Origin: an uncultured virus (IMG/VR IMGVR_UViG_3300028393_000047)
Lineage: Duplodnaviria > Heunggongvirae > Uroviricota > Caudoviricetes
DNA length: 20,000 nucleotides
Direction: 5' to 3' (one strand)
IMG/VR virus record: IMGVR_UViG_3300028393_000047
Below, piece after piece: positions 16,914-20,000 of this stretch. The notes under the pieces are model-generated. The model was not told the DNA's origin, did not search any database, and saw nothing but the letters and a program-made list of their open reading frames with translations. The position numbers and the translations under genes are program-made. Each line of letters opens with the position of its first letter. Within the stretch, counting starts at the first letter, position 1.

Positions 16914-17111
16914 TTAGCCGCCAAGTTTACATATATCTTTATGTAATCGTTGAGAACAATCTTTCTTAGCCCATTCTATGCATTGGACTTTTCTATCATA
17001 AACATCGCCCGTCCACTTCCATCTGATACAAATATCAACGGATTCTTCTTTTTTTTCAGCACTTGCAGTCAAAATAATTAAACATAATATCGAAAGGATA
17101 TATGTTCTCAT
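16914..17111 (-). CDS. Small exported Cys-containing protein
   Basis: Signal peptide ending TASA; four Cys in the mature part; ATGA overlap with the GT stop. Confidence 0.68.
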   Translation of the reverse strand: MRTYILSILCLIILTASAEKKEESVDICIRWKWTGDVYDRKVQCIEWAKKDCSQRLHKDICKLGG

Positions 17112-18106
17112 TTTGCGCCTACCAAGTTATCCTTAAAAATTTTCCAAGCATTATCCCAAGTCCAACGTTTGCTTCCCTCAAATACGTTAATCCTATTTAA
17201 TTTTAATGCGGCATCTACAGCATCTTTTAAATTGTCACGCATACATCCAGTAATATCTTCATCTATAACATCTTTAGGACCTTGAACAGGATATGCGGCA
17301 ACAGGTGTGCCACATGCCATGGCTTCAATCATTACGATACCAAACGTTTCCCATTGACTAGGAAATACAAATACTTCTGCGTTAGCATAGTAACGTGCTA
17401 GATCAACACCAGTCTTGAATCCTGTAAATGTTACATCTGGATAACGCTTCTTATAAGTTTCTAACATAGGACCATCGCCTACCATGATCTTCAAGTATCC
17501 GGGATAATCCAATTCAAAAAACTTTTCAAGATTCTTTTCTTTACTAACACGACTAACACATAAGAGGTACTTGCCAGGAAAGTCTTCTCTCAACTCTGGT
17601 TTAAAAATTTCTCTATCAACACCTCTAGTCCAAGAGATAACCTCACCATCGAATCCATGTGATTTTAATTCTTTAACCATGCTGTCTGTGGTTGTCAATA
17701 CTTTACCAGAATGCTTATGAAACCAACGAACAAAGCGCCATGTTATGCTTTCCGGAATGCCAAACAGCTTCTTCAACCCTTCAGGAAACTTAGTATGATA
17801 AGCGGTATTGTGAGGAATATCAGCCAATGAAAGATATGCTCTAGCCCACAGACCAAGAGGACCCTCTGTGGCGACATGGATATAATCCGGAGATATCTCC
17901 TTAATCTTCTCGCCCAAGTTCCTCGGATAGGCAATCTTGACTTCGTTGTAGCCAGGGCAATTAATGTAGCTGAACCTCCTGGGATCCAACACCACAATGT
18001 TATAACCATCACTAGCCGCACAAATCTGAATGTTTTTGTAAGTTGTGACAACGCCATTTATTTGATCTGGTAGATTATCCGTTACTATTAATATTGTCTT
18101 TGTCAT
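17108..18106 (-). CDS. agt: GT4 glycosyltransferase, Agt-like (diacylglycerol glucosyl/glucuronosyl transferase)
   Basis: ILIVTD...QINGVVTT, HVATEGPLG, YHTKFPE, WTRGVD, SRVSKEKN, VFPSQWETFGIVMIEAMACGTPVAAYPV; directly downstream of a PlcP-like gene. Confidence 0.82.
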   Translation of the reverse strand: MTKTILIVTDNLPDQINGVVTTYKNIQICAASDGYNIVVLDPRRFSYINCPGYNEVKIAYPRNLGEKIKEISPDYIHVATEGPLGLWARAYLSLADIPHNTAYHTKFPEGLKKLFGIPESITWRFVRWFHKHSGKVLTTTDSMVKELKSHGFDGEVISWTRGVDREIFKPELREDFPGKYLLCVSRVSKEKNLEKFFELDYPGYLKIMVGDGPMLETYKKRYPDVTFTGFKTGVDLARYYANAEVFVFPSQWETFGIVMIEAMACGTPVAAYPVQGPKDVIDEDITGCMRDNLKDAVDAALKLNRINVFEGSKRWTWDNAWKIFKDNLVGAK

Positions 18107-18866
18107 TAATTTTTATCCATGTGATTATTTCCCAACGACCGTCCCAATGTTCTACAAGTGCTGTACAGGATTCTACCCAATCACCATCATTCATATAAAT
18201 GACACCATCTATTTCTTTAATTTCTGCGTGGTGTATATGCCCACATATAACACCATCATATCCACGCTTCTTACAGTATCCAGCTAGATTTTTTTCAAAG
18301 TGGAATATAAAGTCTACTGCTTTCTTTACTCTTGTTTTGAGATATTTACTAATACTAAAATACCCAAAACCAAAGCGGTGACGTATCCAATTGAATTTGC
18401 TATTAACCGATAAAATGAAATCATATGCTTTATCTCCCAAAAACGCTAGCCATGGAGCCAATCTTGTAATGCCATCAAACAAGTCACCATGCGTAACTAA
18501 GTAATGTTTACCATCTGCACCTATATGTTCTATTTGGTTGTGTATTTCTATTAACCCAAAACTAAATCCATATGGTATCATTGGTCTTAAAAATTCATCG
18601 TGGTTACCTGCTATGTAAATAACACGGGTACCACGCCTTGCATGTCCTAGAACACGCCTAACTACACCAGTATGACTTTGTTTCCAACGCCACTTGTTTT
18701 GCTGTATGCGCCATGCATCTATAATGTCACCCACCAAATATAAAGTATCGCAAGAATTATGTTTTAAAAAATTGTTAAGACTATCCGCTTTACAATCTTT
18801 TGTTCCCAAATGAACATCACTAATAAAGATACTTCGATACTTTTTTATATCGGAAGCCAAAGCCAT
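18075..18866 (-). CDS. plcP: Metallophosphoesterase, PlcP/LpxH2-type phospholipase C
   Basis: FISDVHLG, LVGDIID, GNHD, HGDLFD, CGHIH, NDGDWVESCTALVE; amphipathic LGDKAYD...R..FGFGYFSISKYLK.RVKKAV insertion. Confidence 0.82.
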   Translation of the reverse strand: MALASDIKKYRSIFISDVHLGTKDCKADSLNNFLKHNSCDTLYLVGDIIDAWRIQQNKWRWKQSHTGVVRRVLGHARRGTRVIYIAGNHDEFLRPMIPYGFSFGLIEIHNQIEHIGADGKHYLVTHGDLFDGITRLAPWLAFLGDKAYDFILSVNSKFNWIRHRFGFGYFSISKYLKTRVKKAVDFIFHFEKNLAGYCKKRGYDGVICGHIHHAEIKEIDGVIYMNDGDWVESCTALVEHWDGRWEIITWIKINDKDNINSNG

Positions 18867-19396
18867 AATCCTTGACTCATGAATATTCCTGCAAATAATC
18901 CAACAACAATACTAGCCCAATACAATGATATACTAACAGATAAGATACTAGCAGTTAATAATACGATTGCAATTTGAAATGCAGAACTAGCAAATGTTAA
19001 CCAAGGACTTGATTTGCGAATTTCATCACGTTCAGCTTCAAGTGCTTTTGCTTTAATAAACAATTCTTTTTTACCTTCACCCGTAGTTGGATCAGATTCA
19101 TACTTATCAATTTTAACCTTTAGTGCTTCAGCCTTTTTAAAATCTTTTTGTGCAATAGCATCATCCATACGCATTTCTGCTAGAGTTTGTTTAATACTCT
19201 TAGCTTGATAAAATGCCCAAGTATCATTTGCTCGGATTGTGTTATTTAAAACTTTACTGCTGTTACCATTTGATATATAAGTGTTAATTGCAAGCAAAGC
19301 GGCTAAAACAGTAATCAGCCATCCTGCTTTATCTTTAATTTGTGCTTCACGTTCACTACGTGACAATGGTTTCTGCTGTAATACTACTTCTGCCAT
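18845..19396 (-). CDS. DUF4337-like membrane protein
   Basis: TM ITVLAALLAI, DTWAFYQAKSIKQ, coiled coil, QIAIVLLTASIL plus a terminal TM. Confidence 0.72.
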   Translation of the reverse strand: MAEVVLQQKPLSRSEREAQIKDKAGWLITVLAALLAINTYISNGNSSKVLNNTIRANDTWAFYQAKSIKQTLAEMRMDDAIAQKDFKKAEALKVKIDKYESDPTTGEGKKELFIKAKALEAERDEIRKSSPWLTFASSAFQIAIVLLTASILSVSISLYWASIVVGLFAGIFMSQGLWLWLPI

Positions 19397-19397
19397 T

Positions 19398-19748
19398 TTA
19401 GTTTTCCTTCATTGGTCCAATTTTTTTCGTTACACCTGCTCTGTCTTCAAGAATAGCAATGTGTGTTCTATTCTCCATAATAGCATCACGATTTTTTTGA
19501 ATTTCTTTTTCTAAATCTTGACGTAATTTTTCACGTGCTAATTCAGCACCGCTATTGCTAGCCTGCTTATTATCTGTAGTAACAACTAAACTCACTTTTT
19601 GATTCAGAATGGTTACGTCATGTTGGATAGAACCTAATGCTTGAATTAAATATCCAACTGAACCAACTAATAAAGGTAATAGAGCAAATAATAATTTCTC
19701 TATAAACGCACCTTTTTCATGTGCTTGTTCTGCTGTTTTTTCTGCCAT
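19398..19748 (-). CDS. Single-TM coiled-coil protein
   Basis: LLFALLPLLVGSVGYLI followed by a heptad region; SD AGAGGA; 1-nt gaps to both neighbours. Confidence 0.75.
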   Translation of the reverse strand: MAEKTAEQAHEKGAFIEKLLFALLPLLVGSVGYLIQALGSIQHDVTILNQKVSLVVTTDNKQASNSGAELAREKLRQDLEKEIQKNRDAIMENRTHIAILEDRAGVTKKIGPMKEN

Positions 19749-19749
19749 T

Positions 19750-19899
19750 TTATTTTCCTCTGTTATGTAAATCGAATAATGATTTGACTTTTTCTTCTAA
19801 TACCCCGATTCGCACGTCCATTTTAGCCAAAACTATGACTAAAGTAATGAATGCTAAGAATACTGGCCATGCTTTTAAAAGTATCTCTATAATGTCCAT
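19750..19899 (-). CDS. Small single-TM protein, 49 aa (not in ORF track)
   Basis: MDIIEILLKAWPVFLAFITLVIVLAKMDVRIGVLEEKVKSLFDLHNRGK*; SD GGGAGG (complement of 19909-19914). Confidence 0.75.
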   Translation of the reverse strand: MDIIEILLKAWPVFLAFITLVIVLAKMDVRIGVLEEKVKSLFDLHNRGK

Positions 19900-19929
19900 A
19901 ACTATTATCCTCCCTAGGACTTGACAACA

Positions 19930-19937
19930 TATTTATG
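19930..19937 (-). promoter_or_regulatory. T4-type late-promoter motif heading the minus-strand operon
   Basis: CATAAATA on the - strand, about 30 nt upstream of ATG 19899 (T4 consensus TATAAATA). Confidence 0.6.
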
Positions 19938-20000
19938 GTAAACCGAGTTTTTGATGCGTTTCAGAGGGGGATTTTTGTTGTTTTTGAGCAACAAAGCCAA

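Noticed and set aside
18075..18866. Annotation as lipid A enzyme LpxH
   Set aside because: The GNHD motif and adjacency to an Agt-like GT4 favour PlcP/LpxH2; phylogeny is still needed.
469..19924. Many short antisense or alternate-frame ORFs in the track (e.g. 469-774, 4072-4293, 13191-13502, 15160-15417, 17773-18057, 19721-19924)
   Set aside because: They overlap well-supported genes, lack recognisable motifs, and are best explained as shadow ORFs.
19921..19945. Possible Pho box upstream of the plcP-containing operon
   Set aside because: Only one half-site-like TTGTCAA on the - strand; no 11-bp-period tandem repeat.
1..20000. tRNA, CRISPR array, intron/intein, homing endonuclease, IS element or stop-codon recoding
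   Set aside because: No such repeats or structures seen, intergenic gaps are very short, and primase, nrdA and nrdB are uninterrupted under the standard code.

Overview
AT-rich, gene-dense segment of a large T4-like tailed phage genome infecting a Gram-negative host (it encodes a spanin pair); an aquatic proteobacterial host is my inference only. The + strand (1-15520) carries a putative virion-protein C-terminus, conserved T4-like hypotheticals, an i-spanin/o-spanin pair, gp61-type primase, class I RNR (nrdA, thioredoxin, nrdB), a signal-peptide-bearing non-specific endonuclease, a RuvC-like resolvase, a ClpP-like protease, two putative glycosyltransferase-like proteins, small hypotheticals and a GH19 endolysin. 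A convergent - strand operon (19899-15524) follows a T4-type late-promoter motif and encodes mostly membrane or exported proteins plus an overlapping PlcP-like phospholipase C / Agt-like GT4 glycosyltransferase pair. That pair is the bacterial phosphorus-starvation lipid-remodelling module, here apparently in a phage, and is the most notable finding. Other notable signals are a T4 gene e-style hairpin sequestering the endolysin Shine-Dalgarno, sigma70 promoters with -10 boxes inside inverted repeats, a possible thyX deletion scar, and a RegB/RelE-like domain on a probable head protein. All family calls come from motif recognition by eye; no searches were run.
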